The translations under genes and the position numbers were made by a program. Below, piece by piece: positions 39,032-48,668 of a stretch of 64,000 bases of DNA (the first letter of the stretch is position 1; every line of letters starts with the position of its first letter). The DNA is from a bacterium (Candidatus Blackallbacteria) CG13_big_fil_rev_8_21_14_2_50_49_14 (lineage in GTDB: Bacteria; Cyanobacteriota; Sericytochromatia; UBA7694), in NCBI GenBank assembly GCA_002783405.1, contig PFGG01000035.1:194940-258939 (forward strand). The letters run 5' to 3'. The notes under the pieces are model-generated. The model saw only the letters and a program-made list of their open reading frames with translations. It searched no databases and was not told the DNA's origin.

Positions 39032-40567
39032 TTAGCGTATCCCATTCCATCCTTTAGCGTAATAATTCAAAAGAACGGGATGCATCAGCGTATTGATCTG
39101 CAATTGTTCCAAAGGAAAATAAAGATCTTCAGGAAAAGTAAACAATACGTGCAAAGTATTTGAATTCAAGTATTTTAGATCCTTCAATTGAATCTTCAAT
39201 GTATCGGGAAGTACAGGGTAATGTGTTGCCAATTGAAAGCCCCAATTTCCAAATGAAGGAACTTCGACTTGGTAAGGTAAAACAAATAAACCGGTATCTT
39301 TCAAAGTCTTGTGAATACACCAAAAAGCTTCCCGGGCAAAAAACGGAGAAGTACTTTGCGTTACCAAGGCCCCATTCGCACTCAATCTTCTCCCCAGCAA
39401 ATGATAAAACTCACGGGAATACAATTTAGCCAGGGCCGTATGGCTGGGATCTGGTAGGTCAACCAGAATAACGTCATAAAACGCTTCACTTTGCTCAATA
39501 AACTTATAGGCATCTTGATTGACAATTTTCACTTTGGGATTTGTAAGACTCTTCTGATTCAAAGCAAGTAAAATGGGTTCGGTTTTAAATATCCGCGTCA
39601 TTTCGGGATCTAAATCAACCAGTGTCACATTTTTTACCTGGGCATATTTCAAAATTTCTCTCAGGGCCAGGCCATCTCCCCCTCCCAAAACCAAAAGATT
39701 TTTGGCCTGAGGAACCACCGCAAAGGGAAGATGAACCAAAGACTCATGGTAGCGATATTCATCAAGAGAGCTAAACTGTAAGCCCCCATTAATGAACAAA
39801 CGAATATCCTTGTGCCAGCGCGTAAGTGTAATTTGCTGATAGGGTGTCTGGCGAGAAAAAATAACTTGATCCCGATACAGTCGCTGTTCTAACAATTCTT
39901 CCTGGGTTTGGCTTGTGAAAAGAAAATACCCCAATCCCATGCTCACAGACAGAGAGAAGAGAAAGAGCGGCAAACCAAAACGCAATAAAAAACGGTGCCT
40001 CACAAAATTAGACAAGGCAACCAAAACATTTAAAACACCCAAAACCAGTGCTGTTTTAATTAAACCCAAAACAGGCAAAAAAAACAGCGGAAACAAAAGC
40101 GCCCCAAATAACCCGCCAATATAGTCATAGGTTAAAACATGTGCTAAATTTCTGCGCAGGTTTTCCTGCTGCTCCATAATGCGAATCAAAAGGGGAATTT
40201 CGATACCCACCAGGGCGCCTATCAGCAGCGTAACGGCCACCATTGAGACCTCATACCAGTCGCCAACGGTATGCGTCCAGAAGAGAAACAATGCAGAACA
40301 CCCGCCCACCCCACCGATCAGAATCTCGGAGAAAACAAAAACATCAAAAAGTGATTTTTTGATGAACTTCGAAACAAAGGCTCCCAAGCCCATGGCACTC
40401 ATATAGAGACCAATCGTCACTGAAAAATAAAACACGGAATCCCCCCATAAATAGGAAGAGACCGCGCCAATAATCAATTCATAGACAATGCCACAAACGG
40501 CAATGATCAAAATACTTAAATAGAGCAGAGACGTGGACAGGGGGCTTAAACCCACGAAGGGAACCAA
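39032..40567 (-). CDS. Membrane-anchored spermidine synthase-like aminopropyltransferase (N-terminal ~7-TM domain fused to a SpeE-type methyltransferase-fold domain)
   Basis: The C-terminal LVLGGGDGLALREILKY...VTLVDLDPEMT...ILVDLPDP matches the spermidine synthase fold. The N-terminal ~200 aa are polytopic. Confidence 0.7.
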   Translation of the reverse strand: MVPFVGLSPLSTSLLYLSILIIAVCGIVYELIIGAVSSYLWGDSVFYFSVTIGLYMSAMGLGAFVSKFIKKSLFDVFVFSEILIGGVGGCSALFLFWTHTVGDWYEVSMVAVTLLIGALVGIEIPLLIRIMEQQENLRRNLAHVLTYDYIGGLFGALLFPLFFLPVLGLIKTALVLGVLNVLVALSNFVRHRFLLRFGLPLFLFSLSVSMGLGYFLFTSQTQEELLEQRLYRDQVIFSRQTPYQQITLTRWHKDIRLFINGGLQFSSLDEYRYHESLVHLPFAVVPQAKNLLVLGGGDGLALREILKYAQVKNVTLVDLDPEMTRIFKTEPILLALNQKSLTNPKVKIVNQDAYKFIEQSEAFYDVILVDLPDPSHTALAKLYSREFYHLLGRRLSANGALVTQSTSPFFAREAFWCIHKTLKDTGLFVLPYQVEVPSFGNWGFQLATHYPVLPDTLKIQLKDLKYLNSNTLHVLFTFPEDLYFPLEQLQINTLMHPVLLNYYAKGWNGIR

Positions 40568-43320
40568 CGCAGCAGATTATAGTACCACCAGGGAATGGGG
40601 AAGGCTGAGTAAATCGGATAAAAGAACAGAAAAAGACCACAGGCCAAAGCCATATAGCCAGCAGCCATCCATTGACCCGCTTTATTCCAGCGTTCTACGA
40701 CAAACCCTAAAACAGCCACAATACATAAGCATGCATAGGGAACGGCTTCAAAGAAGTAATGGGCAAAATTCAAGGTTCTGGGAGAAAGCCCCCAAGGCAG
40801 GTACATCAGCATACAAGCAAACGAAAGATACCAAAGATTGATATTTTTACGCAGCAAGCCCTGCCAAGTCACAATAACAACAGACAGCATCGATAACCAC
40901 CAAATCGCAGGGTTCCCCAAAGCAAGAATTCCACCAATGGTATTGTTGCCATTGTTGTGAAAATAATACCAAGTCGGGCGGATCAACCAAGGCCAGGTAT
41001 ACCAAGCAGAATAATAGGGATGGGGATCCGTTAACTGCGAGTGGTAACGCCAAATCCCTTTCTGCATTTCAATCACTTCATGAATATTATGTCCCAGACT
41101 CATATACTGGGAATAGGAGAGAAGATATAGCAAAGCGGGAATCAAAACCACCATGAATGGAATCAATAAAATGGGTGAAAAAACAAAGACACTGGTCTGA
41201 AGCGAAGTTTTTGTCTGCCTAAAATAGCGGTAAAAAAACAAAGAGGGAATAATCACCCCAATCGTTAAAACACCCAACATAAAACCATAGGACCACAGGG
41301 AGGTCCAACGTGTTGAAAGCGCCAAGCCGATGAAAATAACTGCGCCAGCAAAATAAAGATAGCTTGAAAAATAGCTGCGCAGCGTATTGATACGGTGCCA
41401 ATAAATTTGAAAAAAGCGCCAGGTAAAGGTCAGAGCGGTGACCTGAAACAAAGTGGCAAAGATATTGGTCATCGCCGTTCGCGACTGTACAAAATAAACG
41501 CCATCACAGGCCAAGAGTAAGGCGGCACACACTGCTTGCCAACGATGCGGCAAAGTATATCTGGCTAAAATATAAATCGAAACCAGAAGTAAAGAACCCG
41601 CAATAACGGGCATAATACGCCAGCCAACAGAATTGAGGTCATAAAAAGCCACACCCATTGCAATCAACAACTTGGCCAAGGGGGGATGCACCCATTCAAA
41701 AGGATGCAATCCAATCACATATTCTCCCCCTGCTCTGGCGTGATAGACCTCATCAAAAACCATTTCAGGTGGGAAACCCAAACGCCAAAGCTTAAAAAGT
41801 GCAGAGAAAAAAACAAAACCAAAGATATTTCGAATATCAATCCAATCAAGCGGCTGTGGAGCAGGTATCAAATCTTGAAGATCGAAAGCGATAATTCGCT
41901 GCCACTGATTTAGCATATATTTTTTAAGATTCAAGGAAATATCCACCAAGGGTCCTTTGAATAAAACAAAACAAATCCAAGCAAAAAGGAGCAGATTGAG
42001 AATAGCAAGCACCTTATAATGGCCATCACTTGCTAAAAAGTTATTCAGCTTATACAAGGGCTCAGGAAAATGTAGGTCTTGTTTTTGACCTGGCAATTCA
42101 TACAGCAAATTCAGCATAAAGATAACAGACATGCTCGCAAACGAAACCCAAAGCCGTTTATTCAGTATCACTGAACCCAGAAGAAAAAATAAACCACTGA
42201 ATAAATAACGTTCGTGCATGCGTGTGGGCAGAAGGAAAAAAGCAATCATAATTAAAGTAGAAGCATGCCAGATGGCAATTCCATCATCTTCATTCTCAGT
42301 TGTTTTTCGACTGTTCTTCCAGAAAAAGAAAAGAAAAGCGGCATAGGCAATTGAAAAAAGAATCAAACCCCAGGTTTTATGTTGTAAAAATACACTCGGA
42401 TTTCCTGAACCCAGGTCAAAAATCCCACGGGAAACATCACTTTTCCACATATCTGTCAACGACCACAGGTTAAAAGCCTGAATCGAACTATAAGGGTAGA
42501 GATTGGCCTGGCTGACATATTGGTTGATAAACCAAGGAACCATTTGATTGACAGGAACAAATAAAAGCGTCAGAAAAAATGTCACCAGGGCAGAAGAAAA
42601 AATCCCTCCCAAACCTTGCAACCAACGGCGACGCCAAAGTGTAATAAAGAGTACCAAAGGCATGAGTATCAAGCCCTGCGGTTTGACCAAGATATTCAGG
42701 GTTGTGACGAGAATCGCCCCACCTTCTTGTTTTTTCAATAAAAGCCACAAAGCTAAAAATTGTAAAAACAGCGTGATGGAGTCAACCTGCCCCCACATGG
42801 CTGACTCATAAATGACTGCAGGATGCAAAGCAAAAACAAGGGCTCCTGCCAAAGCCAGAGCAACAGGAACATAGCGCCTCAAAACCTGTACAAACAAAAC
42901 CATACAACCTAGGTCAGCAATAATCGACGGCAGTTTAACCAATAAGGTAAAGAAACTTTTATTCCAATGCATAAAGCTGGGATCAAAAATCGCATAAAAC
43001 TTGGCGACAAACCACAAAACCAAAATATACAGTGGGGGATAATCACACCAAACGCCATTGACAGGATCAACGCTTTTATAAAAGGATCTGAAATCATGCT
43101 TGGCAACATGCATGGCCCAGGCCTTAAAATTATTGATATCTGTGGGATGTCCATGCATGGTATTCGATAGAAATAATCGCACAACAAATGCAATTAATAA
43201 AATGGCGACAAATGCCCAGAATACCTGTTTAGACCAGGGCCATTTTTCTTCTTTAACGGTGAGCTCTTGTTCGTTGTTTACTGTATCTGTCATTCTTCTA
43301 TTGTTCCGTATCCATTGCAA
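40546..43320 (-). CDS. Large integral-membrane GT-C-fold glycosyltransferase, with an N-terminal GT87/DUF2029-like half and a C-terminal PMT/ArnT-like (GT39/83) half
   Basis: 924 aa and more than 20 predicted TM helices. The PMT-type motif MVFDEVYHARAGGEYV lies in the second half, and a DYPPLY-type loop lies in the first half. Confidence 0.6.
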   Translation of the reverse strand: MQWIRNNRRMTDTVNNEQELTVKEEKWPWSKQVFWAFVAILLIAFVVRLFLSNTMHGHPTDINNFKAWAMHVAKHDFRSFYKSVDPVNGVWCDYPPLYILVLWFVAKFYAIFDPSFMHWNKSFFTLLVKLPSIIADLGCMVLFVQVLRRYVPVALALAGALVFALHPAVIYESAMWGQVDSITLFLQFLALWLLLKKQEGGAILVTTLNILVKPQGLILMPLVLFITLWRRRWLQGLGGIFSSALVTFFLTLLFVPVNQMVPWFINQYVSQANLYPYSSIQAFNLWSLTDMWKSDVSRGIFDLGSGNPSVFLQHKTWGLILFSIAYAAFLFFFWKNSRKTTENEDDGIAIWHASTLIMIAFFLLPTRMHERYLFSGLFFLLGSVILNKRLWVSFASMSVIFMLNLLYELPGQKQDLHFPEPLYKLNNFLASDGHYKVLAILNLLLFAWICFVLFKGPLVDISLNLKKYMLNQWQRIIAFDLQDLIPAPQPLDWIDIRNIFGFVFFSALFKLWRLGFPPEMVFDEVYHARAGGEYVIGLHPFEWVHPPLAKLLIAMGVAFYDLNSVGWRIMPVIAGSLLLVSIYILARYTLPHRWQAVCAALLLACDGVYFVQSRTAMTNIFATLFQVTALTFTWRFFQIYWHRINTLRSYFSSYLYFAGAVIFIGLALSTRWTSLWSYGFMLGVLTIGVIIPSLFFYRYFRQTKTSLQTSVFVFSPILLIPFMVVLIPALLYLLSYSQYMSLGHNIHEVIEMQKGIWRYHSQLTDPHPYYSAWYTWPWLIRPTWYYFHNNGNNTIGGILALGNPAIWWLSMLSVVIVTWQGLLRKNINLWYLSFACMLMYLPWGLSPRTLNFAHYFFEAVPYACLCIVAVLGFVVERWNKAGQWMAAGYMALACGLFLFFYPIYSAFPIPWWYYNLLRWFPSWV

Positions 43321-44230
43321 GTAAAGCCGCCCCTATAACACCAGCGGATGGGCCCAAATGAGCAAGAGTCACCATATCTGGAAAACGAAAAGGCATACTC
43401 ATTATAGCGCCAATCTGCTGACGGACAGGAAATAAAAGATTCTTTTCACCTTGAGCAGAAATACCGCCTCCCAAAACCAGGTATTCAGGTGCGAGCGTAT
43501 TTAGAATATTGGCAATACCAATCGCCAAATAATAAATAAATTCTGTATAAGTCTCATAGGCCACAGCATCCCCCTCCAATGCACGACGAAAGATTTCAGG
43601 GCCACGCACAGACAGATCGCCTCCGCGCAAGCGATACCCTTTCAGCATGCCGTTGCCAGAAACATAGGCTTCCAAACAGCCTCTTTGTCCGCAATTGCAC
43701 ATACGCCCTGCGGGCTCGACAATCATGTGCCCAAATCCAATTCCCAAACCATGGTGTCCACGCATCATTTCCCCATGCATCACCACACCACTGCCAAGTC
43801 CAGTTCCCAAGGTAAGTAAAACCATATTCCGGTGCGGATCTCTTTGCCCCAAACGGAATTCTCCCCAGGTCGCCACGTTGGCATCATTATCCACAACAAC
43901 AGCAAGACCCAATCTTTCTTCCAATGTATACTTGAGCGAGCGCTTCTCCCATTCGGGCAAATTAGGTGTGCAGCCCAAAATCACGCCATCAGGAAAAGAA
44001 ACCAAGCCTGGTGTCCCCACCCCCACAGGCATGACACCAAATTTATCAACGATGTCTTGAATTTCAGTTGATAAGGCCTTTAAAATCGCGTCTCCGCCAC
44101 TGTCCACAGGGGTAGGAATTTTTTTTTCGTATTGAATCTGGCCATTTTCCGCCACAACTGCAAAATGAAGCTTTGTTCCACCTAAATCAACGCCAATTGC
44201 TTCTCTCAAGGCAATACCCTTTCCTCTCAT
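43298..44230 (-). CDS. ROK family sugar kinase (glucokinase-like)
   Basis: N-terminal GVDLGGTK ATP-binding motif and the zinc motif CNCGQRGCLEAYVSG. Confidence 0.8.
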   Translation of the reverse strand: MRGKGIALREAIGVDLGGTKLHFAVVAENGQIQYEKKIPTPVDSGGDAILKALSTEIQDIVDKFGVMPVGVGTPGLVSFPDGVILGCTPNLPEWEKRSLKYTLEERLGLAVVVDNDANVATWGEFRLGQRDPHRNMVLLTLGTGLGSGVVMHGEMMRGHHGLGIGFGHMIVEPAGRMCNCGQRGCLEAYVSGNGMLKGYRLRGGDLSVRGPEIFRRALEGDAVAYETYTEFIYYLAIGIANILNTLAPEYLVLGGGISAQGEKNLLFPVRQQIGAIMSMPFRFPDMVTLAHLGPSAGVIGAALLAMDTEQ

Positions 44231-45609
44231 GCTTCAGCCAAAGCAGAGACAACGCCATATTTTCCTGCTTTATATACAATAGGTTTATTTACATTTTTCT
44301 CAACATAATATTCAAATTCACCCATAAATAATTCTGTTCCGGAATGAATTCTTTTCAATGACTTGATCTCAGAGAGGGCCTGTTCTGTTTGGAATTTTTT
44401 TAAGGTTTCAAGCCGAGCTTGCAAACTGAGCAATTGAAACTCAAACCTTGGAATTCTGCCTCTTAAATGTCTGAGCATAATATCATCGGGGCCCTTTTTT
44501 TCTTTTAAAACCAATTCAGAAATTTGATTGCGTATTTCGGCTAAATGTTGATCTATTGCTTTGATTTGACGCAAAATTAAATTTATTTTGTCTTCCAGAT
44601 AGGGATTCAAACCCACTGCCAATTGAGTGTTTAAACCTGCAGACCCAATCCACGACGCCTGGACAACACCTGTCGCCCTTGTGATCCCACCAATAATATT
44701 TTCGGCATGAACAGCATCCAATGCAACAGAATAGGATTGAATTAAATCATGCGCATAAATCGAATAATCAGCCTCTAAGGTACAATGCTCAGCAAAACCA
44801 GTTCTAATACTTTTAGAAGCTTTTAATATAGCAGTGTCTTTTCCTTTTATTCCTTGTCCAATCAATATATGTCCGCCGGAAATGAGAACAGCAGCATCCA
44901 CCGTGCCTTTGACAATAATATCCCCTTCAGCCCCTAAACGAATCAAATCCTTTACCGACCCATTCACAGCCACAATTCCCTGATAATAATGGGATTCCGT
45001 GATATCCCGCTCTAAAACAAAAATTGGCTGCATCACAATCGAATGTGGCAAATTGAAAACAGGATAGCCTTCCACGGTAGAAACCAATAGGTTTTTGTCT
45101 TCTTCAGAGACTTTTACATTTTTTAATTTGGGAAAAGATTTATCATACCCGCTCAAACCAGAAACCAGCTCCCCCCGAATGCTCATACCTGGTGAACCCA
45201 AGGTGGGTGGATATTTTCTTAAAAGAGGGGTATTTGCGGAAATGAGAATCTTTTTAAATTCGGGCCAAAACCAAGTTTCTTTATGCCCATCATAGACTTC
45301 AAGTAGTTTTTCAAAATTATTTTCTGATGCATCAAGCAGTTTTTCAAAATAGACATCCTGCCCTCTCTCTGGGTAAACCCCCAAAGCGATCAACTCCTGC
45401 TTGGCCGTTTTTTCTTGAATAATTTTTGCTATCGTTTTCTCCTGAATTCCATAGACAATTCCGTTTTGCTTTAAAAAACTGATAATCGATTTATGACTCA
45501 GTTCATATCCTTCTTCTCCAAAGCCCTGTAAAGGCTGAATCGAAAAAAAAGCTTCCATCAAATAACGCCCAGAACTTCGGGGAAAGGTGAGATGAAACTG
45601 ATACTTCAT
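44227..45609 (-). CDS. DUF342 (FapA-like) protein
   Basis: ATGA overlap with the nth stop at the ATG 45609; the ORF-track GTG at 45657 would overlap nth by 52 nt. A Gly/Val/Ile-rich beta-helix-like repeat region (VNGSVKD...IVKGTVDAAVLISGGHILIGQGIKG) is followed by a coiled coil, as in DUF342 proteins. Confidence 0.5.
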   Translation of the reverse strand: MKYQFHLTFPRSSGRYLMEAFFSIQPLQGFGEEGYELSHKSIISFLKQNGIVYGIQEKTIAKIIQEKTAKQELIALGVYPERGQDVYFEKLLDASENNFEKLLEVYDGHKETWFWPEFKKILISANTPLLRKYPPTLGSPGMSIRGELVSGLSGYDKSFPKLKNVKVSEEDKNLLVSTVEGYPVFNLPHSIVMQPIFVLERDITESHYYQGIVAVNGSVKDLIRLGAEGDIIVKGTVDAAVLISGGHILIGQGIKGKDTAILKASKSIRTGFAEHCTLEADYSIYAHDLIQSYSVALDAVHAENIIGGITRATGVVQASWIGSAGLNTQLAVGLNPYLEDKINLILRQIKAIDQHLAEIRNQISELVLKEKKGPDDIMLRHLRGRIPRFEFQLLSLQARLETLKKFQTEQALSEIKSLKRIHSGTELFMGEFEYYVEKNVNKPIVYKAGKYGVVSALAEA

Positions 45610-46232
45610 GAAGCTTGTTCTGAAGGGCAATACTGCCTGAGACAGCACTGTTTGCACAGCGGCTTTCTCGCCTTACAAACGGCACGGCCATGGGAAATCA
45701 TTAAGTGGGGAAAAAGAACCCAGTCCTGCTCAGGAACCTGTGCCATTAAATCTTTTTCAATTTTTTCTGGCTGTGTCTGCTGAGTAAGTCCTAAACGTTG
45801 AGATAACCGCGAAACATGGGTATCCACAACCACGCCCTCAGCATATCCAAAGGCATTTCCCATTATTACATTGGCTGTTTTTCGACCCACTCCACTCAAA
45901 GCAGTCAAAGCTTTCATCTGGTTAGGCACAAGACCTTGATGCAGTTCAAGCAACTGCTGTGCTGAGTGCTTAATCGAAGCTGCTTTGTTACGAAAAAAGC
46001 CTGTAGAGCGCACATCCTGTTCCAACTCGGCCAGATCTGCATCTGCAAAGGCTTGAGGTGATCTGTACTTTTTAAATAAGCTCTGGGTCACTTGATTGAC
46101 CCGTTCATCCGTACATTGAGCCGACAGAATCGTAGCCACCATCAATTCATGGGGACTTGAAAAAAACAAAGCACAATGGGCATCCGGATAAGCCTGTTTT
46201 AATTGCTCAAGAATAAGCTCAATCGGCTGCAT
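45606..46232 (-). CDS. nth: Endonuclease III (DNA glycosylase/AP lyase)
   Basis: HhH-GPD fold with LVPNQMKALTALSGVGRKTANVI, and the C-terminal [4Fe-4S] cluster CKARKPLCKQCCLRQYC. Confidence 0.85.
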   Translation of the reverse strand: MQPIELILEQLKQAYPDAHCALFFSSPHELMVATILSAQCTDERVNQVTQSLFKKYRSPQAFADADLAELEQDVRSTGFFRNKAASIKHSAQQLLELHQGLVPNQMKALTALSGVGRKTANVIMGNAFGYAEGVVVDTHVSRLSQRLGLTQQTQPEKIEKDLMAQVPEQDWVLFPHLMISHGRAVCKARKPLCKQCCLRQYCPSEQAS

Positions 46233-46302
46233 CAGTAATAATTCCTCAAAGCAAAACAGGTGGGATCTTGAATAAAGACCTCACCTGTTTAACAAAATTT
46301 AT

Positions 46303-47112
46303 TTACTTCTTCTGAGTCGCATTCCCAGCATAAGGATTCAGCATTTTTTCTACTTCTTCCTCTTTCACCTGGCGGGTGCGCTCAAGCAGTTCAAGTTGTG
46401 TAAGGGCCTTTGTATCGGCTTTCTTACTGCGTGTTTCAGCATTCACCAAAATAATATTGATACGTCGATTGCGTGCTCTGTTTTCATCATTGATATTCGG
46501 CATCAAAGGACGTGTATCGCCGTAAGCTGAAGCCGAAATTTTAGTTGGATTAAAACCGACTTCGCTCAAGAAAAACCGAACAACTTCGGTGGCGCGCAAA
46601 GCAGAGAGTTCCCAATTTGAGGGAATTTCAGGCGTATGAATTTGCTGATCATCGGTATGACCTTCAACGATCACCTGGGCGTCGGTATCCTTACAAAACT
46701 GTGCAACTTCTTTTAAAAGTCTGACGACACGCGGTTTAATCACCGTTTCACCAGGATCAAAGAATACACTGTCGACAATTGAAATAATCGTGCCACGCTC
46801 ATCTGTAGAAAAACTGACTGATTTATCAATTCCGAAGGCTTTTGCTGCTTCTTCAATGGCTTCACTGGCTGCAGTAATCACTGAACGCGTAGGTGAAGAA
46901 AGAATTGAAATACCCACAGCACTGGCCTGAACAGATTCTTTATTCAATGCACGGCGCAAGGATTCTGAAATTGCTAAGAGTTTATCTTTAGAAACTTCAG
47001 AGGAAGCAAACATTACCACGAAGAAAATCATCAAAAGAGAGATCAAATCGGCGTAAGTCGTCAACCATCGTTCTGTATTGACAGGGGCTTCTTCTTTTTT
47101 TCTACGAGCCAT
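46303..47112 (-). CDS. motB: Flagellar motor stator protein MotB (OmpA-like C-terminal domain)
   Basis: N-terminal WLTTYADLISLLMIFFVVMFA plug/TM region. C-terminal OmpA-type peptidoglycan-binding motif (...SNWELSALRATEVVRFF). Confidence 0.8.
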   Translation of the reverse strand: MARRKKEEAPVNTERWLTTYADLISLLMIFFVVMFASSEVSKDKLLAISESLRRALNKESVQASAVGISILSSPTRSVITAASEAIEEAAKAFGIDKSVSFSTDERGTIISIVDSVFFDPGETVIKPRVVRLLKEVAQFCKDTDAQVIVEGHTDDQQIHTPEIPSNWELSALRATEVVRFFLSEVGFNPTKISASAYGDTRPLMPNINDENRARNRRINIILVNAETRSKKADTKALTQLELLERTRQVKEEEVEKMLNPYAGNATQKK

Positions 47113-47129
47113 GCTTCTTTACCTGCCTG

Positions 47130-48209
47130 TTAATCATCAGCGATCCGACGTTTTTTACCGCCAGCGCCGCCTTTTTTACGCTTCTTGCCCTTCATCTTGG
47201 AGCCCTTGGGCAATTTTTTGACAGGTTTGTATTTCATGTATTCATTGGCGAAGTCTTTGGTCAATGTCTTATCATCAGCTTCATTGATCAACTCAGCCAA
47301 CATCAACTTCACATCTTCAATCCCAATTTCTTTGGCTTCAGTATGTTTTTTCACTTCTGCCATCAAGGCCAAAGCACGTTCCTGATCTTGGGGATTCATA
47401 TAAGTGGTGTACTCAATATGCTTATCGGTCTTCTTCTTACCGATTTTTCCACCCTCAATTTTGGCACGCATTTTCTCATCGACATAGGATTTCATAACTT
47501 TGTCGATCGTATCGGCAGTGCTGCCTGCCTGAATGGCTAACATACCATCGATATACATACCCTTGACCAGAGCTTCAACGGTATTTTTGGATTTCAATTT
47601 ACCACTGACGGGCAAAACAAACACGTTCGCAAAGAATACACCATAAAGTGTAGTCAACAGAGCAAGCGCCAAGGCATTGCCCAGCGCGGCCATATCATCC
47701 AAATTGCCCATGGCCTGTACAATCCCCAAAACGGTTCCTAACATCCCGAAGGTAGGAAAATATCCTGCCAAGGCATCCAGAAAGCCAACATTGTTTCCAT
47801 GCCGGGTTTCTGCGCTGGTCAATTCAGCTTCCATAATGGTTCTTACAATTTCTGAATCGGTACCAGCCACCAGCAATTTAATACCACGACGGACGAACTC
47901 ATTAGGAGCAGTAGGGATTTCAGAGGTTAACGCAGGCAAACCGCCACTTCTCGCTTTATCGGCCATACGTTTCATGTCAACAACAACCAGTTCCTGACGG
48001 GTCGGATAAGGCATAATTGCTTGCCAATAAAGCACAGGCAATTTAAACAGCATGCCAAAACCAGAACCTACGGCAGCAGAGCCGAGAGAGCCACCCAATA
48101 CGACGATCAACGAGGCAGGATCATAATAATCTGTCAGACGTTGATTGTTCATCATCATCGTAATATAAATGGCTGCAAGAACCAAAGGTATACCTAAAAC
48201 AACCCCCAT
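47130..48209 (-). CDS. motA: Flagellar motor stator protein MotA with a Lys/Gly-rich C-terminal extension
   Basis: MotA/TolQ/ExbB 4-TM topology with a large cytoplasmic loop. About 60 extra C-terminal residues ending KGSKMKGKKRKKGGAGGKKRRIADD. Confidence 0.8.
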   Translation of the reverse strand: MGVVLGIPLVLAAIYITMMMNNQRLTDYYDPASLIVVLGGSLGSAAVGSGFGMLFKLPVLYWQAIMPYPTRQELVVVDMKRMADKARSGGLPALTSEIPTAPNEFVRRGIKLLVAGTDSEIVRTIMEAELTSAETRHGNNVGFLDALAGYFPTFGMLGTVLGIVQAMGNLDDMAALGNALALALLTTLYGVFFANVFVLPVSGKLKSKNTVEALVKGMYIDGMLAIQAGSTADTIDKVMKSYVDEKMRAKIEGGKIGKKKTDKHIEYTTYMNPQDQERALALMAEVKKHTEAKEIGIEDVKLMLAELINEADDKTLTKDFANEYMKYKPVKKLPKGSKMKGKKRKKGGAGGKKRRIADD

Positions 48210-48229
48210 GGTGTTATCCCCTTAAAAAT

Positions 48230-48565
48230 TCAGACTTCATCATGTATTTCCTCATTCAGGTGCGGATACTCAGAAACTGCTTCCGGATCGGCTTCATCCA
48301 CAGGCAAAAGGCCATCAGCTTCAATCCAGTGGTAAGAGCGTTCTGAGTCTGGTATACGCACATGCTTCTTTACAGGCCAGTCACTGAATACAATTCGCTT
48401 GTAATCGATCACCTTACGCCAGACTTCATCAACACTTTCCCGGACAACCATTCGTTTTTTGTCAATGGTAAGAGTTACAACCGTTTCGGGTGTTGCCTCA
48501 AACATTTCTATCAATTCGGCATTGACAATAAACTTACGACCGTCCAAACGGGTTAATTTTATCAT
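48230..48565 (-). CDS. flbD: Flagellar protein FlbD
   Basis: The internal ATG at 48565 begins MIKLTRLDGRKFIVNAELIEMFEATPETVVTLTIDKKRMVVRESVDEVWRKVIDYKRI, matching the FlbD family. The ORF-track start at 48790 would overlap the divergent gene. The gene order flbD-motA-motB is as in Firmicutes, Spirochaetes and Thermotogae. Confidence 0.7.
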   Translation of the reverse strand: MIKLTRLDGRKFIVNAELIEMFEATPETVVTLTIDKKRMVVRESVDEVWRKVIDYKRIVFSDWPVKKHVRIPDSERSYHWIEADGLLPVDEADPEAVSEYPHLNEEIHDEV

Positions 48566-48584
48566 ATAATTAACCAGATTTCCG

Positions 48585-48603
48585 CTCCGATGTAAAATAC
48601 ATC
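48585..48603. promoter_or_regulatory. Perfect palindrome CCGATGTA-aaa-TACATCGG in the flbD / 48669 divergent intergenic region
   Basis: 8-bp arms with a 3-nt spacer, centred between the two divergent start codons. This is a candidate operator. Confidence 0.3.
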
Positions 48604-48668
48604 GGTCACAGTTTTTGGATTTGCCTATATCATTCAGTTCAATTTTTTTTTCATTGTACAATAAAAGT

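Noticed and set aside
48566-48668. Sigma-28 promoter upstream of flbD-motAB
   Set aside because: Only a CCGATGTA half-match was found, and it is part of the perfect palindrome. There is no TAAA -35 at the proper spacing, so I did not call a FliA promoter here.
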